A stretch of 64,000 bases of DNA from Eledone cirrhosa (GCA_964016885.1 OZ024742.1:2418001-2482000); one strand, 5' to 3'; counted from the stretch's first letter, positions 28,211 to 42,613 are shown. A program made the numbers and translations. The notes: generated from the sequence alone by a model not told the origin.

Positions 28211-28291
28211 CGCTTTTACCGATGGTTTCGCCTCACAAAAGATTGGAAATCCAAGGGGTTTCCAATAGAAAGATCGGCTCTTCAGAAAGCG
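28211..28291 (-). ncRNA. Type I hammerhead ribozyme motif, family D, copy 1
   Basis: Reverse strand reads CGCTTT-CTGAAGA-GCC...TTGGAAA..TTTCCAA...GGC-GAAA-CCATCGG-TA-AAAGCG. Confidence 0.82.
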
Positions 28292-28703
28292 TTTTCCTTT
28301 ATATAGGACATATAGTCCCATAGCAGGCAAATATATTGCCTTCAGCCAGCTAGTGAAAGATCGAATGGGGTCGTAAACATGACCTACACGTGAACTGGTC
28401 GTTAGTAGAAGCGGGAATATTATAGACGTGTTGTTTGTCACACTACTAAAAAAAAAAAATAGCAGCTAGGTATACAACGTTTTTTTTCTCTACACATGGG
28501 AGAATATACATAAAATGAGATCAATATCCCCACAGGTACTAAGTACCCACGGAAATATACAGGGTGTCCATAATACAGTTGTTGTTCAATGGTATTAATT
28601 TGAGATACCAGAACTATAAAATTTAAATGAGCGGAACAAGCAAAATTTAAACAATCTTTCAAAATAAATTCAAAATACAATTTAAATATTTACTTATCCA
28701 TAT

Positions 28704-28784
28704 TGCTTTTATCGACAGTTTCGCCTCACAAAAGATTGGAAATCCAAGTGATTTCCAATGGAAAGATCAGCTCTTCAGAAAGCG
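28704..28784 (-). ncRNA. Type I hammerhead ribozyme motif, family D, copy 2 (direct repeat)
   Basis: Reverse strand reads CGCTTT-CTGAAGA-GCT...GGC-GAAA-CTGTCGA-TA-AAAGCA; stem III partly mismatched. Confidence 0.72.
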
Positions 28785-29916
28785 TTTTCCCTTACATAGG
28801 ACATATAGTCCCATAATACACATATATATATGTATATATATATATATTGTTATACTTGGGGAGGGTCATATTGTTGTAATAATATTGCCAGAAATAATAA
28901 CAGGACACACTCACTCTTTGTCTGGTTTTCGCTTCTGTGTGTATGTATTGTTCTTAGTGTTATATCATATGGCGATTAACAGAATGGGATCAAACACTAG
29001 CAACCGATGAATTGATGGTCATGTTTTGTGAAGAGATTTACTACAGCCAAAAAGAACAATCTCTACATATTTCTGGCATTTATAGTATTGAAAAACAAAC
29101 TTAAACTTCAAAGTGACCACAGAATTCCGAACAAATTTTTGGTGAGTTTTATTTTATGTTAAGGAAAATGATGGAATAAAGAAAAGCAGATCAACCGAGC
29201 TGGCATTTGAACATTTGAACTGATGATGGCAAAGAATATAATTTAATTAAAAAACAAAAAACACACACAACGCAGAAGTAAACCACATTTTAACCAAAAC
29301 TTTTCCCGTTAACCAAAGTGAAGTAAAAGAATATAATCTAAATTTAATAATAAAATCAAACAAAATAAAATAAAAAAGCAGATGTAAATTGCATTTAAAC
29401 CGAAAGTTTTGCAGTTAACCCACTGAAAATATGGACAACTCTATATTTCTTGTTTTAATATTTTCTATTATATTATTTCTGTTGCGAGATGTCTGAGATT
29501 TGAAATCCATTATGGAAGATTTAAAGCACATCTCGCAGAAACTTTTAAAGAATCAGAGGAATTAATGTCTTTTGCTGACGTCTGAAATGAACAAATTTCT
29601 TTGTTCCTTAAATCTAAAAAATTCAATTTTAAGATCTTTTGACTACAAATAATTTTATCTCTTGTTCTTCTTCCTTTCGTTTCCTTTTTCTTTTCTGTAT
29701 GTTGTCTTTGTGTGTGTGTCTGTTGGTGTGTTTGTGTTTATATGTGTCCATGTTTGTGTATGTGTGTCTTTTATGTCTTTGTGTGTATATGTGCGTTCGT
29801 ATTGTCTGTGTGTGTGTGTGCACGCACCTGTTAGTTTGTGCCTGTATTTGTGTTTGCCTATGATTGTGTGTGTTTGTTTGTGAGCGTGTATTTATACGTA
29901 TATGTGTTTTGTTTCT

Positions 29917-29947
<31 letters not shown>

Positions 29948-29978
29948 GTGTGTGTGTGTGTGTGAGTGTGTGTGTGTA

Positions 29979-30010
<32 letters not shown>

Positions 30011-30022
30011 TGTGTGCGTGTG

Positions 30023-30057
<35 letters not shown>

Positions 30058-30070
30058 ATGCGTGCGTGCA

Positions 30071-30141
<71 letters not shown>

Positions 30142-30409
30142 ACGACTGTTTGCAATGCATTAGCTGATGGCGTTCTTCAACGTCAGGAAGAAGACTAACT
30201 GGCGGTTTTGTCTGGGAATATTCTTTAAACCAATTCTTTGTCTCCAGAAGTAATTTATTTACACACGCTCACACGAGAGCCACTTGCTAAATTGGTCCTA
30301 AAATATCATTTATGCAGACCTTTCATAAATATTCCCTAAATTACGTTACACTCTCAATATATGGTTACATCAGAATGTTTTCTCTTCATAACATAATTAT
30401 TTTTTAAGT

Positions 30410-31310
30410 GACCAGAAATACGCCACATCCTGACCAGATATACGCCACATCCTGACCAGAAATACGCCACATCCTGACCAGATATACGCCACATCCTGAC
30501 CAGATATACGCCACATCCTGACCAGAAATACGCCACATTCTGACCAGAAATACGCCACATCCTGACCAGAAATACGCCACATCCTGACCAGATATACGCC
30601 ACATCCTGACCAGATATACGCCACATCCTGACCAGATATACGCCACATCCTGACCAGAAATACGCCACATCCTGACCAGATATACGCCACATCCTGACCA
30701 GATATACGCCACATCCTGACCAGATATACGCCACATCCTGACCAGATATACGCCACATTCTGACCAGAAATACGCCACATCCTGACCAGATATACGCCAC
30801 ATCCTGACCAGATATACGCCACATCCTGACCAGATATACGCCACATCCTGACCAGATATACGCCACATTCTGACCAGAAATACGCCACATCCTGACCAGA
30901 TATACGCCACATCCTGACCAGATATACGCCACATTCTGACCAGATATACGCCACATCATGACCAGATATACGCCACATCATGACCAGATATACGCCACAT
31001 TCTGACCAGATATACGCCACATTCTGACCAGATATACGCCCACATCCTGACCAGAAATATGCCACATCCTGACCAGAAATACGCCACATCCTGACCAGAA
31101 ATACGCCACATCCTGACCAGAAATACGCCACATCCTGACCAGAAATACGCCACATCCTGACCAGAAATACGCCACATCCTGACCAGAAATACGCCACATT
31201 CTGACCAGAAATACGCCACATCCTGACCAGAAATACGCCACATCCTGACCAGATATACGCCACATTCTGACCAGAAATACGCCACATGCTGACCAGAAAT
31301 ATGCCACATT
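30410..31310. repeat. 22-bp tandem minisatellite (ACCAGAWATACGCCACATCCTG)n, about 40 copies
   Basis: Unit visible directly; explains the repetitive ORFs at 30354-31422. Confidence 0.95.
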
Positions 31311-32936
31311 CCGTGTGAGTGTGTTTCCGCAGGATATCCGCAGATAAAAAGCCTAGGAAAACAATGCTCAATCTATTGCAAGAGAGTATAATTACAATGT
31401 CATACACTGAACATGTTAACATGTATGCACGATCTTAGGTTTCGGGGTTCAGTTATAGTGCTTGGCATATATGTTAAGTGTATAAAATTTTAATTATACT
31501 ATATATATATATATAACTGGCTTCAGTATAGTTTCCTTGTACCCAATTTCGCCGACAGAGTAGTCTCTAATAGAAGTCTATAGTAGAAGATATTTACCCA
31601 TGGTACCAGAGAGTGGGATTAAACCAGTAACAATGTTATGAAGCGAACTTGTTAACTACACAACCACAACTACTCACGAATATCGAGAGAAATTATAATT
31701 ATCCTCCAAGATATGGAAACCTTAATGTTTAATTATCATCATTGTATCTCTAAACAATAATAAAATTATTCAATTTAAATTTATTAAACTTATTCAAGCA
31801 AGTTACAGGAAACAAGAAACAATAAAAAAAAAAATAAAGAAAGATGGCGGGCAGAAAATAAAGAAAAAAACATCTTACTGGTGAGATCGTGAAATATTTC
31901 CTGTTTAATATTATTTTTGTCTTACTGTTCAGTGAAGGGTGGGCTGGAGGGGTGGAAGGACAATTAAAATAATAATTTTGAGGGCTTCTAACAGAGGTGG
32001 GAAAGAAGAAAGTAACCTCAATCACGAGACCCGATCCAAATGTTTGCAAACAGATCGCACTAAATGGCACCCACCAGCCAGATTGTGATGTTAATCCCTT
32101 GTGACAGATTAAGTGTTTCTCCCAAATAAGCCACAGCAGTATTTAATTAAGACTGGAGTCTGTTAAAGGTACCCATAAAGGTACCCATGGTGTTAAACCG
32201 GGTGACAGATTATGTATACCACCTACGTAGGTCACTGCGGGATTTGAACATAGAACGCAAATAGTCAGATCAAATACGGCAATGCATCTAGTCCGGTGCT
32301 CCACCGATTCTGCCAGTTCAGAGCCCTAGACTTTGTGATATGATCCCAACTTTATTTATTATCACATGGCCGAATGGATATTATATTCTCATCGCTATTA
32401 TTGGTTCTCGGATTGGATCGATAAAATAAAGTACCAGTAATGCACTGGGGTAGATTTTATCAACTTTTCCCTACCATGTGCCTAAATCATAAACTATTAG
32501 TTCTCGGATTTAGTTCCTTCTACGTGGCATCTTGGACAAGCATCTTTTACAACAGGTTAGAGGCACACGTGTCTGTGAAATACTCAGCAAATTACCTACA
32601 CCAATTTCACGAAGAAGCTGTTTCATTGATCGAACAACTGGAACACTCCTCGCGGAAATTGACTAATGTCCATTCCACATTATCACATTTAATATTATAT
32701 ATTTTGAATATTTATGAAAAATGCTAACAGGTATTGGAGGTTTTGTTTTGTATTTAAATTTAACTTGTCCCCTCCCCATCCCCACCAATGAGAAAATTAA
32801 TTTCTTTACTCAAATATAATTCATTATAATTTTTATTTTTTCCTATATTTTTTATACCTTTGGCGATTAAAATTTCTGTCCCGAACTACAGGACAACTAT
32901 ACGAAAGAAGAAACGTAAAAAAAGATATAGAAAGAA

Positions 32937-32992
<56 letters not shown>

Positions 32993-33425
32993 CAAAGAAG
33001 GCGTGGTAAGATACCAGGTGGACCATAAGGCACCAGAGTGCTCGATACTCAGGCTAGTAAAATGGGTAATATGAAAAAAGTCAGGACCCCGACACTTTTA
33101 TATATATATATATATACATATTGTGTTCCGGAGAGATTGTTTTGGTAAAAACCGGAGGAGGCAGGAGAAAGCTCTCAACATTTGTAGTTTGTAGTTACGA
33201 TGGAGACCCTTATAGGAACTCATATGTTTGCTGGGCGCACGAGCAGAAGGACATGTTTTTCCTGCCGGTGGCATATCGCAAAATCGATTTTCATCTTAGG
33301 ATACCGTTCTCATAACAGCAACAAATGCATGAATTACTTCTTGATTGGATAGGAGAACCGTTGAAATAATTATAATGAATAAACGACTTATGTAACATCA
33401 GCATATTTCGTAATATTATTATATG

Positions 33426-33805
33426 AGGGCGGTGGATTGGCAGTATCGGTAGAGGGTCGGACGCCATGCTTTCCAGCATAGTTATGTCCCTTTACGATCT
33501 GAGTTCAAATCCCGCCGAGGTTGACTTTGCCTTTCATCCTTACGGGGTCGATAAAATAAAGTACCAGTAATGCACTGGGTAATTGCTGGCCTTGTGCCTA
33601 AAGTAGAAACAATTATTATATAAGGGCGGTGAATTGGCAGTATCGGTAGAGGGTCGGACACCATGCTTTCCAGCATAGTTACGTCCTTTTACGGTCTGAG
33701 TTCAAATCCCGTCGAGGTTAAGTTTGCCTTTAATCCTTACGGGGTTAATAAAATAAAGTACCAGTAATGTACTGGTAATTGCTGGCCTTGTCAAAAAGTA
33801 GAAAC
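33426..33805 (+). mobile_element. Two tandem tRNA-derived SINEs with Nin/Deu-like domain
   Basis: Each has GAGTTCAAATCC box B followed by a TTGCCTTT..ATCCTTACGGGGT..ATAAAATAAAGTACCAGT block. Confidence 0.75.
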
Positions 33806-34094
33806 AATTATTATTATATATATATATAAGCGTGAACCTAATAAACCTTTATTTGTCTGCCTCTCTGTTTTGTTCCCGTATAAATTTGCACTGTATATAT
33901 ATATATATATATATAATTGTTATATAGTAAGGTGCATTATTGGTCGTGTAAAATGGTCCAATAACTTTATGTTAGCAATATTAAGTTCTCCACGCTTTTG
34001 TATATCTCCAATTCCATTCGAGGGAACAGCTAGATGATGTAAAACGGAGTATAAGTATCAAAATGAAAATCCGAATAAAATTCCAATCATTTAA

Positions 34095-34168
34095 TCACGA
34101 CACATGTTTCAATAAGAGATAGATCGATTGTGAAGCCATGATCGATTATCACTGAACTCATCAGGTGA
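34095..34168 (-). ncRNA. Type I hammerhead ribozyme motif, family E (left arm)
   Basis: Reverse strand reads TCAC-CTGATGA-long stem II-GAAA-CATGTG-TC-GTGA; left arm of fold-back ~34060-34452. Confidence 0.72.
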
Positions 34169-34334
34169 AAATTAATTGTCTTCAAATTCTTGATATGAGG
34201 GAGAAAAAATAACGATGTTCTCTCACAGAATTCATTCCCTCTGACTGGTGTGTCTCCATATGAAGGAATGAATTCTGTGAGAGAACATCGTTATTTTTTC
34301 TCCCTCATATCAAGAATTTGAAGACAATTAATTT

Positions 34335-34408
34335 TCACCTGATGAGATCAGTGATAATCGATCATGGCTTCACAATCGATCTATCTCTTATTGAAACATG
34401 TGTCGTGA
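34335..34408 (+). ncRNA. Type I hammerhead ribozyme motif, family E (right arm)
   Basis: TCAC-CTGATGA-GAT...ATT-GAAA-CATGTG-TC-GTGA. Confidence 0.75.
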
Positions 34409-34449
34409 TTAAATGATTGGAATTTTACCCTGCCTTCGGATTTTCATTT

Positions 34450-34545
<96 letters not shown>

Positions 34546-35358
34546 GTGAGTGTGTATGTGTGAGTAAATGAAATGATTTGCATAGTGTTAATATTAATAT
34601 ACCCCTTTCGACATCATTTCACCTTAGACTGCCCCTGATTCTATGATATAAAACCTCTCATTTAAAATTATTTAATGATTAAATTAAGAACTTCCATCTT
34701 AGCTTTATTCCAGAAACTATGGTAATTTAGGGTCTCAACACCAGTTTAATAATGAGAAAGTTTCTTATTTCTAAGTCCCTCGAAATTTTTGTTTTCAAAA
34801 TTATTCAAAACATAGAAATAATATTTCATAAGACATATGGCAACGAAAGTGTTAAACTGTTTATATTTATATAAAAATCGCCCTTGGCAATTTTATGTGA
34901 GAACCTATCTTCCAAACACCAATTCTTGATTATTTTCCAATATTTTGAAACTTTGGAAATACGGTGACAAAAGGGATTTGAAATGTTAGAAATAGAAATA
35001 TATAAATGTGACAGAAGTGTACTCCAACAGGTGAGACTATTAACTTGTCGTTGGAAAGTTGCACTACCACGACACACATAGGAGACATTGTCTGTAGTGT
35101 AGAATAGGAAGGAACACTAGTGGGAGTACAACATGGTAAATTAGAACATGGCAGATCACTTGAAAATATTGAGATAAATATGTAGCAGGGCCGATATTAA
35201 GGACGTCACCCCTATAGTAGAAATAAAGTCAACTGTAATAGCAGGAATTGTAACAGTCATATGACAGATAGCACTAGACATGAATAGAGACTTAGAAATA
35301 GATACATGAGATAGACAGACATAGCGACCAGATTACAGGTGTAGGTGTGTGTATACGT

Positions 35359-35481
<123 letters not shown>

Positions 35482-35537
35482 AATGAAAATTGTACTAGTT
35501 TTAAACTAGTAAGTCCATTAATCAGCAAATATCTATA

Positions 35538-37005
35538 TCTATATATATAAAACTGTGGTTGTCTGTCTGTCTATCGATTTTTGGCACACATCTCCTCTTA
35601 GAATCTCTCACGGAATTGCACCGAAATTGCTATACTTGTACATTGAGCCCTAGCGAAGACATCGGAAAAAAAATATTTCAAATTGACCCGCCCTATCTGA
35701 CGAAATCGAATATAATGTATCGATTTTTGAGCGTAAGTGATCAGTTATTTCCCTTTGTTCTGTTTACATTGAGCGTCTGCGTGCAAAAATTAAAAAAATT
35801 ACGCTGGCTTTCTCAGCGTTTAAAATGACATTAACACAATAATTTTTACTTGAAAACAAGTCTATTTAAAGACTACGTAAAACAAGCAAATATTTCGTAA
35901 AAAAAAGCAAAAATTATATAAGTTTATTTAAAATATATGTATCTGTAAATTTCGTTAGGCGTGCAGTCAGTTTTATATATATAGATGATAAACAATAATA
36001 TCCTCTATGAGGTCACTAAACCTGCTAGAAACAGCAGCTAACTCTCCCTCATATCACACCACTCCCTACTGTCTTAAATTTAGAAAACACATATCCTCTA
36101 TGAGGTTACTAAACCTGCTAGAAACAGCAGCTAACTCTCCCTCATATCACACCACTCCCTACTGTCTTAAATTTAGAAAACACATATCCTCTATGAGGTT
36201 ACTAAACCTGCTAGAAACAGCAGCTAACTCTCCCCCATATCATACCCCTCCCTACTGTCTTAAATTTAGAAAACATATCTTCTATGAGGTCACTAAACCT
36301 GCTAGAAACAGCAGCTAACTCTCCCTCATATCACACCCCTCCCTACTGTCTTAAATTTAGAAAACATATCCTCTATGAGGTCACTAAACCTGCTAGAAAC
36401 AGCAGCTAACTCTCCCTCATATCACACCCCTCTCTACTGTTTTAAATTTAGAAAACATATCTTCTATGAGGTCACTAAACCTGCTAGAAACAGCAGCTAA
36501 CTCTCCCTCATATCACACCACTCCCTACTGTCTTAAATTTAGAAAACACATATCCTCTATGAGGTCACTAAACCTGCTAGAAACAGCAGCTAACTCTCCC
36601 TCATATCACACCACTCCCTACTGTCTTAAATTTAGAAAACACATATCCTCTATGAGGTCACTAAACCTGCTAGAAACAACAGCTAACTCTCCCTCATATC
36701 ACAACCCTCCCTACTGTCTTAAATTTAGAAAACACACAGACAACCATGCAGAACAACTCCATCGCAGCTCTGTTGTTCGGCTGGCATCGTCTACTCGCGT
36801 GTTGCGCAAGTACTGTGAAACAATAAATTTCAACACTTTTTTGCACAGAGATAATATCCATAGGCGAAACTACAATTGTCACTGCTGGCGCAGCTCATGC
36901 TTCCAGGTCTGCAATTCATTCACCCAGTGCCTGGCAGACAAAAAAGTGCTGCAACCTAACTTTGGTAACTTAATGACCCCGAGCAACGCCGGGCTTTAAT
37001 GCTAG
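35538..37005 (+). mobile_element. Non-autonomous Helitron with internal 93-bp tandem array
   Basis: 5' TCTATATATATAAAACTG; 3' hairpin CCCGAGCAACGCCGGG then CTAG|T; same termini as 55963-56860. Confidence 0.8.
36000..36735. repeat. ~91-93-bp tandem repeat, 8 copies
   Basis: ATCCTCTATGAGGTCACTAAACCTGCTAGAAACAGCAGC... unit; gives 31-aa periodic ORFs; related to a dispersed motif near 2715-2752(-). Confidence 0.92.
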
Positions 37006-37220
37006 TAATAATAATAAATGTGAAGACTAAAATCCAAAGTGGGCTCGATAAGGATAAATATATATCAAATATATAAGAACCGTAGAGCAAATATTTATTA
37101 AAATAACAGATTACGTGTCCCAATAACTTGGTTATACAGAACAGAGCTGTTTCGTATAACCATGTCCATTACGAGCTGAGGATCCACTAAGGTATGGTGA
37201 ACTAATGGTTGTGTAACCAC

Positions 37221-37303
<83 letters not shown>

Positions 37304-37942
37304 ACCAACACAACCACAGATTACACCATTGGCCATCGTTCCCGCCATCAACTCCATCACAAGGAAAATATCCGGCAACTCACCACACCCTCTACGGAAT
37401 TACCTTAGGAACTTACCCACGGACATACACTCACAAACATTTTTTTCGAACCACGCCACCTACATCTACAATACGTAAAAACACCACACACACGTGCGTA
37501 CCCCTACATATATACACACCCAACCTCTGAAATCCTCTCCCCCCCCACCCCTCTGACTCCTCCGCATCCACACGCGCACACACACACCGACCTACACCCC
37601 ACCCACACACGCACCTTTTCCTGAACATGGAACCTCGTTCTTCACCCAACTCTCACATTCACATACACACACACACACACACGTACACCTACACACATAC
37701 ACCACCTTCAGCCCTCCCCGCTCGGACACCCTGCCTCCCTCTCCCCACTCCTCCCGCCACGTTCCACACCCTTCCAACACTTGTTTATCTTCATGTTTAT
37801 TTTCATTTTTATTTCTTTAATATTTATTATTATTTTTATTTGTACCCCTTCCACCGTTTTTCCTCCTTTTCCTCACCCCTTTTGTCTAAATGTCTCTCCT
37901 CCACTCCCCCACACACCCTCGGAACTCTCTTCCCACACACTT

Positions 37943-38000
37943 TTCGCCTGAAGAAGGGTTTATGCCCGAAACGCCCCCCCCCACTCTCAAGAGCGTGAAA
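37943..38000 (+). ncRNA. Partial or degenerate hammerhead motif in a TA-flanked insert (~37300-38055)
   Basis: CTGAAGA-AGGGTTTATGCCC-GAAA present; stem III replaced by a C-run. Confidence 0.4.
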
Positions 38001-38052
38001 CTAATAAACCTTTGTTCATACTGCATCTCTGTTTTGTTCCCGTTCCATTTTT

Positions 38053-38109
<57 letters not shown>

Positions 38110-38408
38110 TAAAATTAGACCAGAAGATAAGGCATCCGTCATCAGTGATCATCCAGCCGTCGTTGGTATTTCTTTGCATTAAAGATCATATACTTCTGGC
38201 AGGTGCGAGCAACAACTAAAACAAGTTATTAAGACACTTAGAATAGGGTGAAGCGAGCGAGACATGTAAACAGAGATGGTAATGCAACGGAAAGAAAGGA
38301 AGAGGAGAAACAAGTCCGTGATATCTATGAACTTAAGTTCGATCAAATCATGGACGAGAGACACAGACGCGTCCGAGACATGTGAGATGTAAGCGAGAAA
38401 TATATCTA

Positions 38409-38460
<52 letters not shown>

Positions 38461-38490
38461 AGTGGTTACACAACAGTTAGTTCACCATAC

Positions 38491-38528
38491 CGAGAACAAT
38501 TGTTTCACCTTAGTGGATCCTCAGCTCG
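38491..38528 (-). ncRNA. Very small type I hammerhead motif, family F
   Basis: Reverse strand reads CGAG-CTGAGGA-TCC ACTAA GGT-GAAA-CAATTG-TT-CTCG; degenerate mirror copy at 38581-38618 within palindrome 38461-38650. Confidence 0.7.
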
Positions 38529-38715
38529 TAATGGACATGGTTATACGGAACAGAGCTGTTCCGTATAACCATGTCCATTACGAGCTGAGGGTCTGCTAAG
38601 GTGAAAGAATTGTTCTAGGTATGGTGAACTAACTGTTGTGTAACCACTTCTACCTAACTCGTCCCATGGACTGACTGCTCTACCACTACGGATATTACCT
38701 TCCAGTGTTCTACCA

Positions 38716-38803
<88 letters not shown>

Positions 38804-38837
38804 ATATATATATACATGTCAGGTCACCAGTTGGTGC

Positions 38838-39403
38838 TACTGGTAACATGTATCCCAGTACAACCTGTCTCATGGTCGGGTCGTTGGCGACTAAACTCGC
38901 AAAGAGGGTGACTTTGGACATCCTGTAGGACTAAAAACAAAACCTGTCAAAGGGCAAAGGAGCTCTTAAGAGTCAATGGCCATCCAAAATCACCGGGAGA
39001 GATCACCCCTTAGCCTTTGTCAAGGCAGAATTCTAGGAGAAGGAAAACTCTGATATAACACCTGCAACCCTAATGGTATCCAATGATGTTGACTTGTTCT
39101 TCTTTTTGGTAAATATCATCTTGGTTAAGAGAGTGGGACTGGCTTTGTGCAGTGCCTTTGCTCACTATAAAAGCTTCACGGCACAAGCATTGCTTTATAT
39201 CTGGAGATCTCTCTGCACTTGTCGTCACATGGTACCATGGGCCCAGCACTATGTGTCAATAATTGTCACAAGTGTAGTGTTTGTACCAGAGTTTTCAAGT
39301 CGCTGGCTGGACTAAAAAGTCACACTCGTTCAGCGCATCAGTAGGGGTTCTCCTACATAGATATAAAGTAGTGACCGTACTCCAAAACGAGTTGGCAGCC
39401 ACC
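38838..39403. repeat. ~570-bp dispersed repeat between TA runs, copy 2
   Basis: Near-identical to 18715-19300. Confidence 0.8.
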
Positions 39404-41280
39404 ATATATATATATATATATCATGGAATACCACGAGCGTGCTTGTTATGTAAGTCAGATACTTGATTTCGGGTTCACAGAAACACTTTAAACGTATATC
39501 GTTTAATTTGTCCAGGTGTATCTTTTTTAACCTGTTAGTTTTTTCGTTGCTCTGGTATTGTGTTAGGTTTTGCCTACCACAATGTTCAATTTGTCAACCT
39601 ATTTAAACGTATGTTGTTACTCTAAGGACCCACCCTTATTGAGTGCTTTGCTAACTCATTCATATTGTAGGTCGACTTTGCTTGCCCACAGCCAAAGCTT
39701 CGACTTTACTAAACCTCCACATGTATATATATATATATATGTATATATGTGTGTGTGTGTGTGTGTGTAAGAGTATACAAAGGCTCGTAGGAAAACCCCC
39801 AGAATTTACACAAATAAACCACATATGCAGATAAAGGGAAAATACACATACGCATACATATACACATACACATACATATACGCAAATCATACTCTTACTA
39901 CACAAAAAGAATTTAAAAAAAAACAAGCTGGAACGTCTGAAATGAAATCAGAGGAGATACAGAGTGACAAAATAATCATTGGGAAGGTCACAGAGTGCGT
40001 GGCGAAAGAATGTTGACAACTAAATAACCATATAGTTGGTAAATTAACGGATGATTGGATTAATTACCTGAAAAATAATAATAAAACAGTTGTGAAACTC
40101 AACTGGAGCGTGTCCTTTATTGAGAACATGGCCACTCCAGAGTATAACGATATTTGTTTTAACACCGCCTCACATCAAGTATCTTGCAAAAGAAATACTA
40201 CAATATTGATATGGAAATTATAGATAAAATACCCAAAGCAAAGAGAATATTAATTTGTTCTATTGTCTTTAAGCCTGAAAGAAATATATGATTAGAAAAA
40301 CCTCACGTCCGCTTATCTTTCATATATGTTTTATTGTTATTGCTTTCCTTTTCGATGTTAAGCTATGTGCATTGTTTATATACTGTAATCATTTATTACA
40401 ATATATCATGTAAAATAACAAATTGAATGTAGGTACAATGATTATCGAAAATCATAAGCACTACACTACATCAGCGAAGTTAGAGTAAACGTTTGAATGC
40501 TAAATGTTATCGATATCAAGCTAATACCGAAAGAATGTTCTTACCCTGACATCTAAAAATTCTGTATGCTTACTTATCAACAGGAGTAAACCCTTGGGGC
40601 TGATTGGTTATTGTGACTATATCGATTTGCGCCTGTTACCTTTCCACAGACCGAAATTCTCTACCGGGAAATTTCATGACAAAGAACAGCTAGTAATAAG
40701 CAGGTTCTCCAATTTTCTCTTCATTTGATAGAGAGGCTTTAACCGCGAAATATCATGTTTTACGATGTCCTTACTTTACTATACCTTTTCAATTACACAG
40801 AATACACTTAATCACAATCATTTCTAAATAATGATTTCTGATTTAGGAGAAAGTTCAATAATTTTTGGGAGAGGAAAGTCAATTAATTCGACTACACGGT
40901 GATGAAAAGCAAAGTTAACCTCGGTGGTATTTGAACACCATATAGTTCATGTTTAACTGACTGGTATATATTAGCGATAGAACACAGCTTGGTTGAGAAG
41001 AGCGTATAAAGAAACATATGCAATAAGATCAGTTAAAAGATCCTGTTCACAAATGAACATGAGATTTGCAGCTAGAAGTTCCTCTCCGAGGCATAATCCC
41101 AAGAAGGTTGGTTTTTGGAAGACCAGCAATTGCCCATGTATACCAGTCTTCCCTCTCCACGTCACCAATATTGTCCAATGGAAAGGCAATGGCCGATACA
41201 GCTTGGCCCCAGTGACATCGCAACTCATTTCTACAGTTGAATAAAGTGGGGCAACGTATATATTTCACACACACACACAC

Positions 41281-41436
<156 letters not shown>

Positions 41437-41682
41437 ACATATATAAATGAAGTAATTCCGTTGGAAAGGTACAGGAAAAAAGAGTGTTCTATGTAGGCTA
41501 CAGAGCTTATTAACTATATATATATATATATATAGATTTTGAGTTTATGTTGGTTGTATACCAACACCTCAGTATGCAGGCTGGAGCACTCGACGAAGTG
41601 CGCAGGTTGGTTTGGTTACTCCGGAGTAGTGTAAAATAAAGTTAAATAAAAGTCAAATGATTAAAATTTAGCTTCGTTTATT

Positions 41683-41737
41683 ACTGCTATATATATTTCA
41701 GTGACAGCCATCTTTGGCTGTGACCTCTTCAGGCAGT
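41683..41737 (-). ncRNA. Type I hammerhead ribozyme motif, family A
   Basis: Reverse complement of the motif at 41817-41871. Confidence 0.8.
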
Positions 41738-41816
41738 TTGAATTAGTATGGTATAGACAAGTACATATGTTGTTTAGGTGCATGATATTGTACTTGTCTA
41801 TACCATACTAATTCAA

Positions 41817-41871
41817 ACTGCCTGAAGAGGTCACAGCCAAAGATGGCTGTCACTGAAATATATATAGCAGT
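41817..41871 (+). ncRNA. Type I hammerhead ribozyme motif, family A
   Basis: ACTGC-CTGAAGA-GGTCACAGCCAAAGATGGCTGTCACT-GAAA-TATATA-TA-GCAGT. Confidence 0.8.
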
Positions 41872-42289
41872 AATAAACGAAGCTAAATTTTAATCATTTG
41901 ACTTTTATTTAACTTTATATATATATATATTTCGCACAAACATATATCTATATTATAAAGATGACGGCCGTATGTAACAAACTTTTCGCCAAACGGCTGG
42001 GCCCGACAGCACCAAATTTGCACCATAGATGTAACTTTTTCCAAGTAAGAATGTGAGGGTATTTTTGTCTACTAAATTTGGTTAAAAGATTAAAGATATT
42101 TTATTGTTTATTTAAATATTCACTCCTTTCAAATTTTCAAATGTCAACACTTCCGGTTAGCGATCTCTCTCTTTCTTAGTCTGTCTTTTTAGATAGATAC
42201 ATATTTGTAACGTCGCGCACTTATCATATCGGTCTGTATGTCTGGCTGTCTGCATTACGAAAACAATTCTGTACATTGACTTCGTTATC

Positions 42290-42409
<120 letters not shown>

Positions 42410-42443
42410 TTTATATATTTATATATATATATATATATATAAA

Positions 42444-42603
<160 letters not shown>

Positions 42604-42613
42604 CATTCTCGCA

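Larger units (their letters stand above)
41533..41918. mobile_element. Second family A fold-back insertion in (TA)n
   Basis: Same left end as 5393; arms ~41636-41765 and ~41789-41918 with a short loop. Confidence 0.8.

Noticed and set aside
28980-29147. Possible exon ending at TG|GTGAGT
   Set aside because: No convincing open frame or recognisable peptide; a donor-like motif alone is insufficient
30354-31422. 341-aa and other repetitive ORFs
   Set aside because: Stop-free reading of a 22-bp minisatellite in several frames
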